Below, in pieces: positions 1-10,635 of a stretch of DNA of 64,000 nucleotides (position 1 is the stretch's first letter; every line of letters begins with the position of its first letter). The stretch is from a virus. Below the pieces are notes generated by a model, which did not search any database, was not told the origin of the DNA, and saw only the letters and a program-made list of their open reading frames with translations. Location of the stretch: the IMG/VR virus record IMGVR_UViG_3300026484_000105, positions 32,001-96,000 of that record. One strand, written 5' to 3'. The translations under genes and the position numbers were made by a program.

Positions 1-1050
1 TTTAGATTCCTCACCTTCTTTCTTGGCATTATAATAATTACCAGTATCAGACATTAGTTTCTTCAACCACCCATTAAAACCAGTAGATGATTCTGGCATA
101 ACTGGACCACTAACTGCTTCCTTAAATGCCTCTTCAGTACTAAATGATTCATGTGCTGCTCTTTCTATTTCAAGCTGCTTATTAGCCATAGCCTGTGCTC
201 TTGTAGCTATAGCAAAAACATCTATATAATTATCATCACCTATTATATTGGGCATAATGTTATGTAATTCGGTCATATCTGCTTGATCTATTTTAACAGG
301 CATACCTATATCACCAGTAGCCTGATCTGGCATCATAGTTGGTATTAAAACCCCCAATTCAGTTGCCATGCTCGATACTATCGTATTTACTGTTGACCAA
401 TAAATATGCATAGCTGGATTTAAGTAATAGAAGTTAAACGAATCATCGCCTAATATGAGATTAGTTAAACCTTTAACTATCCATATACTAACGCTTACTA
501 CAGGCAGCATTAAGAAGATAGCAACGTTACCAACCACCTGTCCTAACTCATACCATGCAGGACTTCTACCAGTACTAGCAATAACGGATGTTTTATAATC
601 AATACTTCTAGTAAAGAAAGTAAATAGACTATTAAATTTAGGTACGCCAAATTCAAGATAAAGATTTTGCCCATTATCATCTATAGCTTCTGAATAGTAT
701 CTACCCATACCTATATTACCTTTGGTAGTGGTAGTTACCTCTTTTCTATCCATACGTCTACCTTGTACACGTATATCTGCATATCTAGTAAATTGCGGTT
801 TTGAGTTAATTCCAATGTTACCACCCATGGTAGTATCTGTAAATTTAATATCTGCTGTACTATGATATCTATTCTTTGCATGTAGTGGATCTAGGTCGGC
901 ACCTGAAATCATAAATACAGATTGAAGCCAGTCTTTATCTATTTTATTAACTTTATCATTCATATTTTTGGTAGCTGTATTGTTCTTAAAAATTGGTTTA
1001 TCGTTTATCGTAATTAGTTTAGAATACGCTACTGCTTTTTCACCAGCCAT
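1..1050 (-). CDS. Conserved phiKZ-like virion structural protein (3' end runs off the window)
   Basis: Not in the ORF track. ATG at 1050 follows an AGGAG SD and the frame stays open toward base 1 (MAGEKAVAYSK...FTDTTMGGNIGINSKPQFTRYAD...GMGRYYSEAIDDN...FGVPKFNSL). I recall these motifs from phiKZ-like virion proteins. Confidence 0.7.
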   Translation of the reverse strand, partial: MAGEKAVAYSKLITINDKPIFKNNTATKNMNDKVNKIDKDWLQSVFMISGADLDPLHAKNRYHSTADIKFTDTTMGGNIGINSKPQFTRYADIRVQGRRMDRKEVTTTTKGNIGMGRYYSEAIDDNGQNLYLEFGVPKFNSLFTFFTRSIDYKTSVIASTGRSPAWYELGQVVGNVAIFLMLPVVSVSIWIVKGLTNLILGDDSFNFYYLNPAMHIYWSTVNTIVSSMATELGVLIPTMMPDQATGDIGMPVKIDQADMTELHNIMPNIIGDDNYIDVFAIATRAQAMANKQLEIERAAHESFSTEEAFKEAVSGPVMPESSTGFNGWLKKLMSDTGNYYNAKKEGEESK

Positions 1051-1096
1051 ATAGACTCCTTTTATTTATATCAATAAATTGCAATAGGTTTATTAA

Positions 1097-1132
1097 TAGT
1101 TATTACTGTGGAATTAACCACAGTAATAACTA
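1097..1132. terminator. 15-bp perfect hairpin at the end of the protease gene
   Basis: TAGTTATTACTGTGG-AATTAA-CCACAGTAATAACTA overlaps the stop codon at 1130. Confidence 0.7.
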
Positions 1133-1900
1133 CCATTCATGTACTATACAGCTATTGTTTTTACTGCAATCAAATATATTTATAAGTGCACCTAATACCT
1201 CTTTGGAATCCTCAGTAGCAACTGTTTCTTCATCTTTTAGATTTTTCACTATTTTTTCTTTCGTTTCAGTATCTTCCATATCTATGGTTAAAAGATCTAA
1301 TGATTCAATGCCTAATGTTTGCCACTTTGTAGCTTTACTTAAACCTGGCTCAATAACAAAATCCCATGTAATAACTTGTTTAAGAACCTTGATAACTGTT
1401 CCATTAATAAGGGTATCTGTAGTAAGACTTCTTATTGAAAAAGCTACATTTGCATCAGGATCCTCAAATAGTTCTTTAAGAAATTCAGATTTGGGACCAA
1501 CAGGTTTTACTTTACCTTTTATAAGTACTAAGTTACCATCTGCACCAGGCTCTACCTCAGAAGTTTCTTCTAACCAAATCTCCTTAATTTGCGCACAAAC
1601 ATTTTCAGGATTTATAGTTAAGATTCGATTCATGTAATCGCTCATAGTCATACTAGGAGATTTCTTTGGATGTCCAACTTCAGCTTTCAAAAAGCCATTC
1701 TTAACTCTGCGCATAAGTATACTATTTGCTTCAAATAGGGTTTTAGCTCCATCTAACCTATAATAGGCTCCAGCAGAATTATATGTATTTAATGCACCAA
1801 GGTTAATTGTATAGTAACCATTTTCATCACATTCTAATTCTTTATTCTTTATTTTTTTAATAGCTTTAATACTACTAAATACAACTTTATTAGTACTCAC
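1130..1900 (-). CDS. Head maturation (prohead) serine protease, phiKZ gp175-like
   Basis: Motifs AEVGHPK, AFSIRSLT and TWDFVIEPG (His/Ser/Asp). Candidate C-terminal self-cleavage sites GIE and ATE. Position next to the vRNAP genes matches phiKZ-like synteny. Confidence 0.9.
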   Translation of the reverse strand: MSTNKVVFSSIKAIKKIKNKELECDENGYYTINLGALNTYNSAGAYYRLDGAKTLFEANSILMRRVKNGFLKAEVGHPKKSPSMTMSDYMNRILTINPENVCAQIKEIWLEETSEVEPGADGNLVLIKGKVKPVGPKSEFLKELFEDPDANVAFSIRSLTTDTLINGTVIKVLKQVITWDFVIEPGLSKATKWQTLGIESLDLLTIDMEDTETKEKIVKNLKDEETVATEDSKEVLGALINIFDCSKNNSCIVHEW

Positions 1901-1910
1901 TAATTCCCCT

Positions 1911-2117
1911 TTATTTTATTGTTGGATATAGTAACCAAGATATCATTATAATATTATATAATAAAGCAGGAAGATGAATTAAGATTCCTGATCTTCCAGT
2001 AGTTTTATAAACATTAAATGTAATATGGAAACTGTAATTTTTATATATTGAGTACAATTCCAAAAGGAAAAGTATACTCAAAATTAATGGCATTATATAT
2101 AGTAGTATAACATCCAT
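1911..2117 (-). CDS. Small membrane protein (2 predicted TM segments)
   Basis: 68 aa with two hydrophobic stretches; tightly packed in the operon. Confidence 0.55.
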   Translation of the reverse strand: MDVILLYIMPLILSILFLLELYSIYKNYSFHITFNVYKTTGRSGILIHLPALLYNIIMISWLLYPTIK

Positions 2118-2120
2118 AAT

Positions 2121-2852
2121 CTAAGCCTTTATCATATCTTCAACAGCATTTGATTCTGTTTCTTTGTTAACTAAAGCACTGGTTATCCCATCTTTAAAAT
2201 AAGACCCACTTAATTTGGACATTGTACTTGTAAAGCTGTAGTAAATATTTAATAAAGCGATGAACGCAGGATTATTCTTTCTTAGGACACTCATATCCTT
2301 AGCCAACTTTCTGAATAATACAGTTTTATCATTTTTATCTCTAGCAATAATAGAAGCAAGTACCTCCATAGCTAATGGATTATCACCAATATTGGTACCA
2401 GCGTATTTACTAGACAGTTTAAATAAATTTGAAAGATCTTCATAATTCAAGTACCAAGGTATATTACCATGTATAAAGAGTTCATCAAATAACTCATAAA
2501 TATTTCCATTTCTTATAATCAAACTAGTATTAGTTATAAATATGTCCCCTTTCGAGAATTCCAATACAGTATATGATTTTCCATCCACTTCGACCTCAGT
2601 GGTCATATTTGGACTAAGTTCAACCATGATGGGAGCATTTACTACAGCATAATTGTCATTCTCATCGATAATAGTATAAATGGAGAGTACCGTAACGGTA
2701 TCCCCCATAATAGCTAAACCCTTATTTATATATCTAGACGGAAACATCACCTTAATATCCGCAGTAGTCTTTAAACTACTACCAACTTTCTTTATATAAC
2801 TACTTATAACGTTTGGTTTACGTTTAAGGTTTCTTATTAAAAAGGGTTTCAT
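2121..2852 (-). CDS. Conserved phiKZ-like protein (gp176-like)
   Basis: 243 aa, GNIPWYLNYED and SKLSGSYF motifs; lies between the protease and the vRNAP beta gene. Confidence 0.7.
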   Translation of the reverse strand: MKPFLIRNLKRKPNVISSYIKKVGSSLKTTADIKVMFPSRYINKGLAIMGDTVTVLSIYTIIDENDNYAVVNAPIMVELSPNMTTEVEVDGKSYTVLEFSKGDIFITNTSLIIRNGNIYELFDELFIHGNIPWYLNYEDLSNLFKLSSKYAGTNIGDNPLAMEVLASIIARDKNDKTVLFRKLAKDMSVLRKNNPAFIALLNIYYSFTSTMSKLSGSYFKDGITSALVNKETESNAVEDMIKA

Positions 2853-2863
2853 ATATTTTCCTT

Positions 2864-4186
2864 CTATTTCACCTTAACCTGTGTTAATAGGTAATCTATA
2901 ATTAAGTCAATACTTGCATATGTAGCAGCTTCTTTAGCAGTTAACTTATTATTCATTTTAGAATAATGTTTCATATACGTTAAGAATTTAAATGTGTTGG
3001 TATTCCTAAAGATAATTTTACCTATAATATACTCTACCATTTCATTTACTTCAAAAATATCCATGTATGGAATGCTGTTCATATATTCAATAAGCAAGTT
3101 TGAATAGTTAGTTTTAACTTCATCATCTATTTGCTCATTTAGACTATTAGATAAATAGTTGGTCATGATATCGTCTAATGCAAATCTATATGCCATTCTA
3201 TATGTCTCTAATGTAGCCATTTTGTTTCTAACCATTTCATTAGATACATATTTATTCCACTCTGCTAAGAAATCATCTTTCTTTTCTTTAAGAGTAGGAA
3301 GACTAGCAGTTTTAAGACCTTTAAGAACAGCGCCATATATAACTTCTGGTTCACCATCTTCAGCTAGAAACTTATCATAAGATTCTTTTATAACTACTAT
3401 AGAATTAATACCATCTGCTTTATAAATAACTTTACCTATAGCAGCATTAGCTTTTAATAAATTAACTAGACTCATAATTTTAGCATCTATTACAGCATTT
3501 AGCGTCATTACAACACCATCATATGTCCCAGGGGTTGCTCTAACGCCAGTAGGAACTTCATGGATAAGATTTTTAACTATAACTGCTAGTACAAAAAGAT
3601 CCATAGCAAAACGATCATTATGTACTTTAGTACCAAGGCTAAGATAATTAGTGTTATCAGATGTAATCCTATTTAAATAGGTTTCCCATATTCTTATAAG
3701 ATCATTATCAGTTATAGTTGCTGCGTGGCTCTTAATTAAAGCGTCCATTTGACCGCCACCACCTTTTAAGTAACTCCTAATTATAGAAACCTCAGGAGTA
3801 GGAATGATAAGAGCAGTGTTACTCAGTTGATTTATTTTGGAACCATCTTTGTTTATCATACCTCTGTTAATCATCTCCTCTATTACCTCTGGTATCTCAG
3901 CTGTAATGATCTTAACATTATTAAATAAAGATTTATCTTTAGTTTTCCCAACTATATCATTTACTTTTTTACCAAGTTCTTTCATTGTAGGTATGATATT
4001 ATCTTTTATGTTAGATATTTCATTACCAAGAACAGCAGCTATTCTAATATCTATTCCTTCGAGTCCGTTGCTGTCTATAACAGATGCAGGGTTTAAGATA
4101 GTTAAAATACTACCAGGATAAGTAGTTAGGGTTTTATTGTTTCTATCTAATTCAGTAGCTATTGCTTTTAAGGTTTCTTTGCTCAT
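2864..4186 (-). CDS. Conserved phiKZ-like protein (gp177-like)
   Basis: 440-aa ORF with an AGGAG SD; identity from synteny. Confidence 0.6.
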   Translation of the reverse strand: MSKETLKAIATELDRNNKTLTTYPGSILTILNPASVIDSNGLEGIDIRIAAVLGNEISNIKDNIIPTMKELGKKVNDIVGKTKDKSLFNNVKIITAEIPEVIEEMINRGMINKDGSKINQLSNTALIIPTPEVSIIRSYLKGGGGQMDALIKSHAATITDNDLIRIWETYLNRITSDNTNYLSLGTKVHNDRFAMDLFVLAVIVKNLIHEVPTGVRATPGTYDGVVMTLNAVIDAKIMSLVNLLKANAAIGKVIYKADGINSIVVIKESYDKFLAEDGEPEVIYGAVLKGLKTASLPTLKEKKDDFLAEWNKYVSNEMVRNKMATLETYRMAYRFALDDIMTNYLSNSLNEQIDDEVKTNYSNLLIEYMNSIPYMDIFEVNEMVEYIIGKIIFRNTNTFKFLTYMKHYSKMNNKLTAKEAATYASIDLIIDYLLTQVKVK

Positions 4187-4198
4187 TATTTACTCCTA

Positions 4199-4408
4199 TT
4201 AGTTTTGTAAAAGACTATTTTTTAATTTTATAGAAACTATGTTAGAAACCATACTAGTGTTGTTTTCTAATTCTTCTATAGTTTTGGGACTATATAGAAC
4301 ATCATCTTTGCTAGATGTTAGTCTATTGATGGTACTTGTAGCTATTTTGGCAATCATAATGATCATGGCCTCATTTTGTGATATTGGTTCTTTACTACTA
4401 ACTTTCAT
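4199..4408 (-). CDS. Small hypothetical protein
   Basis: 69 aa with an AAGGAG SD; first gene after a hairpin and a candidate late promoter. Confidence 0.65.
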   Translation of the reverse strand: MKVSSKEPISQNEAMIIMIAKIATSTINRLTSSKDDVLYSPKTIEELENNTSMVSNIVSIKLKNSLLQN

Positions 4409-4440
4409 TATATCTCCTTTTATATTTACATTTCATTAAA

Positions 4441-4465
4441 ATGGTATTGGGACAACCAATACCAT
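4441..4465. terminator. Hairpin downstream of vRNAP beta
   Basis: ATGGTATTGG-GACAA-CCAATACCAT immediately after the stop at 4470. Confidence 0.65.
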
Positions 4466-4469
4466 GCTG

Positions 4470-5575
4470 TTAATTAAAATACATCTCAACCGCTTTATCG
4501 CGTATGATGTTAAGTAATGTACTTGTAGTACCAACAATATTTGGACTACTAACTATCCTAGCGGCTATAGATCTACTGGAAAACATAGCCTCAACTTCTA
4601 TGCCATCTTCGGTTTTTATATCATAATTAAACACATCCCCAATAGTTGTTTTAAGCTGATGTCCAATAATAGCTTTATCACCTACACCCATACCTACTTC
4701 ATCTTTTATGCTAATTTTTATTTCAACATTTCCTTCAGTAAGAGGATTGCCTTTTATAGAGTAAGAGCTATTAACTTTACCAGTTATTGTTTTATTCATA
4801 TTCTCATCAGCAATTAGTTTATTGGAAGCCTTTACTAATTCTTTTAAAGTGGGACTCAGATCCTCTGTATCGCAATTATAATAAACAGTTATCTTAGTTA
4901 TAATGCCACGCATCTTAGCTTTTGGACTTCTATTTTTAATATTTTGTAGAACCTGTAAAGACTCTTTATCGAGATTACGCTTATCTATAAAATCATTACC
5001 ATCACTTATAGTAAATAAAAGATTATTGGGTTCAACCTTATCTTTTAGTTTAACTATATTCAATATTTCATCTGTAGCTTTAACTATGAAACTCTTGGAC
5101 TTAATTATACTAGTACCTAACCTATTAGTCGTCTTTGACGAAATTGTACAAGAATCCTCATATGTTTCAGTATTCTCCATAAGACCAACTTTTACGGTAG
5201 TACCAGTTTTATAAATAACTCTAGTGCTATCAAAAATATCTGGTTCAAAAAACTGTTTGTCGTACGAAATGGTGTTGCCATTCTTAAATACGTCGCCTAC
5301 CTTTAGATCGGTTATAATTGTATGTAAATAAGAAACGCCAGCTTCTTCTTTGGTATTCCACTCACCAAGTTTAACGTTCACTATCTTACCACTTTTATAT
5401 TTTATCTTAATATATGATTTTTTAACCTCCATAACTATACCATCTTCTTTAGCCATATAACAATAGTTCATATCTAGTTTATATGGTAAGATTGCTTCAT
5501 GTCCAGTTCTTACAGCAGGAACCCTCATCTCGCTCATACCTATAGTATGACTATTCTGAATATTAATAAAGTTTA
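4470..5575 (-). CDS. vRNAP beta-like subunit (phiKZ gp178-like), exon 2
   Basis: The frame is open upstream of the ORF-track ATG (NFINIQNSHTIGMSE). Beta motifs VRTGHE, TYEDS, GVGDK and SSRSIAAR are present. Joining to exon 1 gives DDPKR-L-NFINIQNSH, about 1386 aa. Confidence 0.9.
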
Positions 5576-6136
5576 CATTATCTTTACATAGATCGTTACT
5601 CTATGCGATACAGTTATAAATATTTAAATCAGTAATTAATTTATAATTACATCTCATAAATAACCCCTATATGTTAATACTGTGTATTCATATAAAGCTT
5701 GTGATTAACCGTATCTCTATGGGATTTCCCCATATGATGAGACTATATCTTCAACCAATGTTATCATCTCATTGGCTGTAAACCATTTCCATTTAAAGGA
5801 TGTCTCCTACCTACATTTAGGCCGTACTCCCAATTGCGGGATAGTCGTTGAACACATACCTTTAATAAGGTACTTCGCTGCGGATCACCAATTACAATCA
5901 CAGTGACATTAATTACAACTAACTACTGATAAGGTAGCCTTGAACATTAACATTTGATCTTGCTGACTACTTAAAGCCATACATATATCTTTTACTATAC
6001 CCTAGTGGTTAGCTAGGCCCCAGACTCTTCATCCTCATGTTACCATGGTCTGGTTAGTGTATATGTCTTTACGGTTTCCCCGTCAATTAGATTTATTTAT
6101 TTTTACAACCATTACTGATTGCCGAAGCTAAAATTA
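5576..6136 (-). ncRNA. Group I intron without an ORF (561 nt) in vRNAP beta
   Basis: 5' exon ends in U and the intron ends in G. P1 GAGGU/GCUUC has a U-G wobble at the splice site; P2 has a GUAA loop. Core elements: P AAUUGACGGGGAAA (~6074-6088), Q GAUCCGCAG (~5878-5886), R UUCAACGACUA (~5842-5852), S GAAGAUAUAGUC (~5741-5752). Splicing restores the frame. Confidence 0.92.
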
Positions 6137-9100
6137 ACCTCTTTGGATCATCATTTGTGCTGGCAGGAGCCAATAAGGCACTTGTTGATAGGTAATTTTC
6201 AGGTTTAAGTTTGCCCTTATCAGTATCAACCATACCTCTAACAGTGTTTAATTTCGGACTAGCAGACATATACGCAGATACAGCAACATCACCACTATCT
6301 TTAACTCCCTCTGAAATAACACCTATTTCACTACTATGGATAACCCTTGTGTCCATAGACATACTTTCTTTAGACCTACCTCCAGAACCAAGGAATGTAA
6401 CATCCTCATTTTGCTTAAGCGATGCTATTGGGTTTAGATTATCAACTAACATTGAAGTACTGTCATCATTTATGTCTCTCCAAACTGCAAAAGGAGCCAT
6501 AGTGATCTTAGCCTTAGAAAAGACATTCTTATTTTCAAAATCCCTTATACTCTTAATAAGTTCTGTGTATAACATTCCAGATACACGCTCATAACCTTTT
6601 ATAAGCATTCCGTTGGCATTGTTTGGATTTATATAATTATTATCCAATAATAACTCAGCGGCTCTTATCAATAGCCCCTTAAATGTTTTTGGTTCCTTTA
6701 TGATTTCAAGAATAGATTCGGTTATAGGATCTACAAACATATCTTCCATTAACTTAATCTCATTAACATATAGAGGACTTAAGTCCATGTTATTAAAAAG
6801 TATAGGAAAGGATTCTTTTTTATCTAATAGACCATAATCAATATCCTTAAGTATTTTTGCCATTGTAGTAAACCCACCAAATATTAGAGTAGCTAGTTTA
6901 TCGTTCCTCGTTAACACTATCTTCTTATCCTTGAAGGTAACGACGTACTCATCTGGTTTTAAACTATAACGCTCTGTTCTTTTAAGAACGGTGTGCTTTG
7001 CTCTTAATAATTTTAAAAGACTAGTTATACCAAGATAATATGATAATAGTATAGCTATAGGTAGTCTCTTTTTAAATATCTTTATAACTACTGTTTCTAT
7101 AGGCATGCTAGAAGTATCTATGCCTAACTGTTCAAAAATATTAGGTAACTCTTTTAGTTTAGAACCGTTAGCTTCATACAGATTGTTATCGAAATCCATT
7201 AGAATTGGTAAACTATTAGCTGATGATCCAACAATTACATATTTACCATTTTGTTCTATGATAATGGTTTTAGCCTTAATATTCTTAACAAGATCTCTAC
7301 GATTCTTATAATCAAAGCTATATTTGTTCTTACCTACATTAAACATTCTTATATATTTACCAATATACGCATATAGATTTGGTACTTTTACATCCATTAG
7401 TTTAACTGGCATTAAAACAACATTGGATATAGTCTTATTAGTTTCCGTACTAGCTATAAGTTTCTTTCTAAACCAAAAACCAATATCATCTTTTTTCATA
7501 TCAGCCTTAGTTATAAATGACTTACCAAAATAACTAGTTAACGCAACCTTATTAGAATCTATCTTTCTTATAGGTTTATCGGTTCTTTGTTTGCGCATTT
7601 TATACGTATTGCCAGAAACTTTAAATTCACCATTTTCATTTATAACAGGAATCTTAAATACTAACTTACTTGGCTTGCCAGTAAGGGGTTTAATATCTAT
7701 AGTATGCGTTTCAACTCCACCCAATACAGTATTGTCTATCTCTACAGTATGGTCTTTTATAACTATATCAGCATTTTGTATAGAGTATATAGTTCTTGTT
7801 ATATCCTTAACAAAAATATTCTTTATATAATGTCTGTCCATAGCTCTTATTGGATTTTTTAATGAGGATTTATCTTTAATTATATTTATATCTGGGATAA
7901 CAGCATCCTCCTCAGGTATCTTTAGATCGCCATCTGTTATAGTAAGTAACTCTTTTAATGATTTACCATCTCCATAAGGCGATTTAGCTCGTTGTTGATG
8001 TTCCAAAGCAGCCTTGAGGTTTTCAGTTTCCTTTTTAGAAAGAAGTTTATTTTCAGACAGTACATCTATCTGTTTATTTAATTTTAATACCTGATCTATA
8101 TCCTCATTCTTTATATCTGATAGAGATTTAAATTCAGATTCTATATCGTCTACAAATTCCTTAGCTGCATCAACAGACATTATCTCATCACTTATCCTAT
8201 TATAATCAATCTCTTGCTCATCTACCTCAAAGTCACTGTTTAAGATCGCATCAGGATCTATAACCTCTTTAGTATCATCCACATCAGTTATGGCATCAAT
8301 ATCTTTATTATCTAGATTATTCTTCAATTCGCCTATAGTCATCGCCCCATTGACAGTTAATTTTTTTAAGAAGATTAGGAACATCTTTCTTAAAGTTTTA
8401 GCATCAACTTTTTGTATAGGACTATGTACATCATATTCCCTAACAGCAGATATCAACTTATATAAATTTAATAATGTTAATTTATTATTATAAACAAACA
8501 TAAGAGTTATATTGTTGGTATTAGATAATTTTACATCATTAAGTAATGATTTCCTTAAAAGTTCAGGTGTTAGATATCTCCATATCTCTAACAGATTCAA
8601 ATGTTTAGGCGTCGGAAAGTGCTCCAATACTAAATGGTTTTCTAATTTGGTATACTTTTCAAAATGAACTACATCAGGTATATTGGCTGGTACCTCTAAC
8701 ATAATATACGTATGTCTTGTATTCGTACTTAAAACCGATAGTTGTTCAGTCATGGTTTTGAATGCATTTCTCCATTTGTGATATTGCATCATTGGGTTAG
8801 GTCTGTAATGATGTACTGCATTTAAAGCTCCATAGTTATAAATTAGTAGTGTATTTTTAGATACCTTTAAAGTTTTATATAATGGATTTAAAAACTTAAT
8901 ATTGAGATTATTCTTTTTAAAATCCTTTATTATGTTCTTTATCTTTAATGTTTTAAAGTTAAAATTACCTATAGGCGATTTATATTCATATATAGTAGCT
9001 ATTATAGGTTTGCTTGAATTTTTTAAATAACCTAAATCTAAAGATGGGCATACTGGTACATCACTTACCTTAAACCATACTAATTCAGAGTTTTTTGGGA

Positions 9101-9191
9101 ACACCATTTCCGTATCTAAAATTATATTCGGATTAATGAATTGGTTTATTTTACGAACGCCAACACTTCTATACAGTTGATCATGTGTCAT
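6137..9191 (-). CDS. vRNAP beta-like subunit (phiKZ gp178-like), exon 1
   Basis: Motifs YKMRKQRTDKPIRKI, VALTSYFGK, IKGYER, GSGGRS, ISEGVKDSGDV and NDDPKR. The ORF-track end at 6093 is read-through into the intron. Confidence 0.92.
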
Positions 9192-9287
9192 ATTTATATC
9201 CTTTTATTGTAGTTTTCAAAGAAACCCTTAACAAATAACTTTTATAATGCCAGCAGATAAATGAAATAAAAGATAAAAGGAAAATAA

Positions 9288-10604
9288 ATGAATAAAACAT
9301 TTAAAACGATAAAGTCATCAGTAGGTAAACATAGCTATAATTTTCTAGCATTGCCAGATACTAAAGCTTTTAAAATAGAAGTAGTATTTGATTACGGTTC
9401 TAACTTAGAAAACCATTATTATAAAAAGTACGGTAAGAAGGTATTTGGTATAAGTCACCTTACAGAACATTTGTGTTTTAAATCTCCTGTTGGTTATGAT
9501 AGCGATAAATTGCTTGCCGAATTAAAAAAGAAAGGTAATAGGAATGCCAGTACTGGCCCAACACACATTAACTATTTCTTTAATACTATCATGGAGAATA
9601 TGGAATTCGGTATAGATGCAATTACTAAAGTAGCATTTAATGATTTTAGTAGAATAACTGATGAAGAGTTTGAATCTGAAAAATCAGTGGTTATGTCTGA
9701 AGTTGGCAGATACAATGATGATAAGCAAACTATGTTTAGTCTAAACACTAAGAACGCCTTAATGGGTACTGATAAAGATGATAACATTCTTGGTAGTGTT
9801 GAGATCTTAAAAGATGTTACTCTTGATGATTGTAAAAAGATCAGAGCGTTAACATTACAAGAAGCTAAGGTATGGTTTAACATAACATATGATCCAATGG
9901 AATATGTTAATGAAGATGATGTCATTGAACATATTGAAAGAGTACTAGATGACATTGATATAGTACAACAAGATGTTTCTATTGGTAGATATGAATATTA
10001 TAAACCAATTACTATTAAGAAAGATGAAATTGTTTTACCATCTGAATCTGATCGTACAATCATTAATCTTGTATTTGAAACTGATACTAACGTATGGGTT
10101 AGAAGCATGATAAACTATTATGTTTCTGCACTTGCTGATGAAACATCTCTTTACAATACAATCAGAGATAGACATGGTTTAACATATGGCGTTACATTCG
10201 GTAAAGATGATATTATGAACGTTGATCATACTAGATTAGTTGTTGATGTTGCTCCAGATAAAATCGATCTTACTATGGAACTTATAGAAGAAGTTATGGT
10301 TAAAAGTAGTGGGAAATTCAATAGAGAAATATTCGAAGAACTTATGGCCAATAGAAAGTTGAACATCACTATAGAGAGATGTAATCCAAAAACATATGGT
10401 TTCTTATTTAATACTGAAGTAGATCATCCTGAATTACTTGCTCCATTTAAAGATGTACTCGAAGACAACATTTCAAGTATAGATGAAATATTTGATGATA
10501 AATACATCACATTTGAAGCTGCAAAACAATATATGAACGAATTAGTAGAAATAACTAAATCTAAATCATATAGTAAGGTTATAAGTGAAAAAATAAAAGA
10601 TTAG
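9288..10604 (+). CDS. M16 (insulinase/inverzincin) family zinc peptidase
   Basis: HxxEH (GISHLTEHLCFK), NAST, EKSVVMSE (third ligand Glu) and C-domain LYNTIRDRHGLTYGV. Confidence 0.9.
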   Translation: MNKTFKTIKSSVGKHSYNFLALPDTKAFKIEVVFDYGSNLENHYYKKYGKKVFGISHLTEHLCFKSPVGYDSDKLLAELKKKGNRNASTGPTHINYFFNTIMENMEFGIDAITKVAFNDFSRITDEEFESEKSVVMSEVGRYNDDKQTMFSLNTKNALMGTDKDDNILGSVEILKDVTLDDCKKIRALTLQEAKVWFNITYDPMEYVNEDDVIEHIERVLDDIDIVQQDVSIGRYEYYKPITIKKDEIVLPSESDRTIINLVFETDTNVWVRSMINYYVSALADETSLYNTIRDRHGLTYGVTFGKDDIMNVDHTRLVVDVAPDKIDLTMELIEEVMVKSSGKFNREIFEELMANRKLNITIERCNPKTYGFLFNTEVDHPELLAPFKDVLEDNISSIDEIFDDKYITFEAAKQYMNELVEITKSKSYSKVISEKIKD

Positions 10605-10634
10605 CATACAGTATAGCTTTTGCTATACTGTATG
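10605..10634. terminator. Bidirectional hairpin between convergent genes
   Basis: CATACAGTATAGC-TTTT-GCTATACTGTATG. Confidence 0.75.
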
Positions 10635-10635
10635 T

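Noticed and set aside
1911-2117. Holin call for the 2-TM protein
   Set aside because: No adjacent endolysin and no charged C-terminal tail; topology alone is insufficient.
4470-9191. Two separate RNAP beta genes, a frameshifted pseudogene, or an intein
   Set aside because: The gap has a full group I core and precise U/G boundaries that restore the frame; no intein motifs are present.
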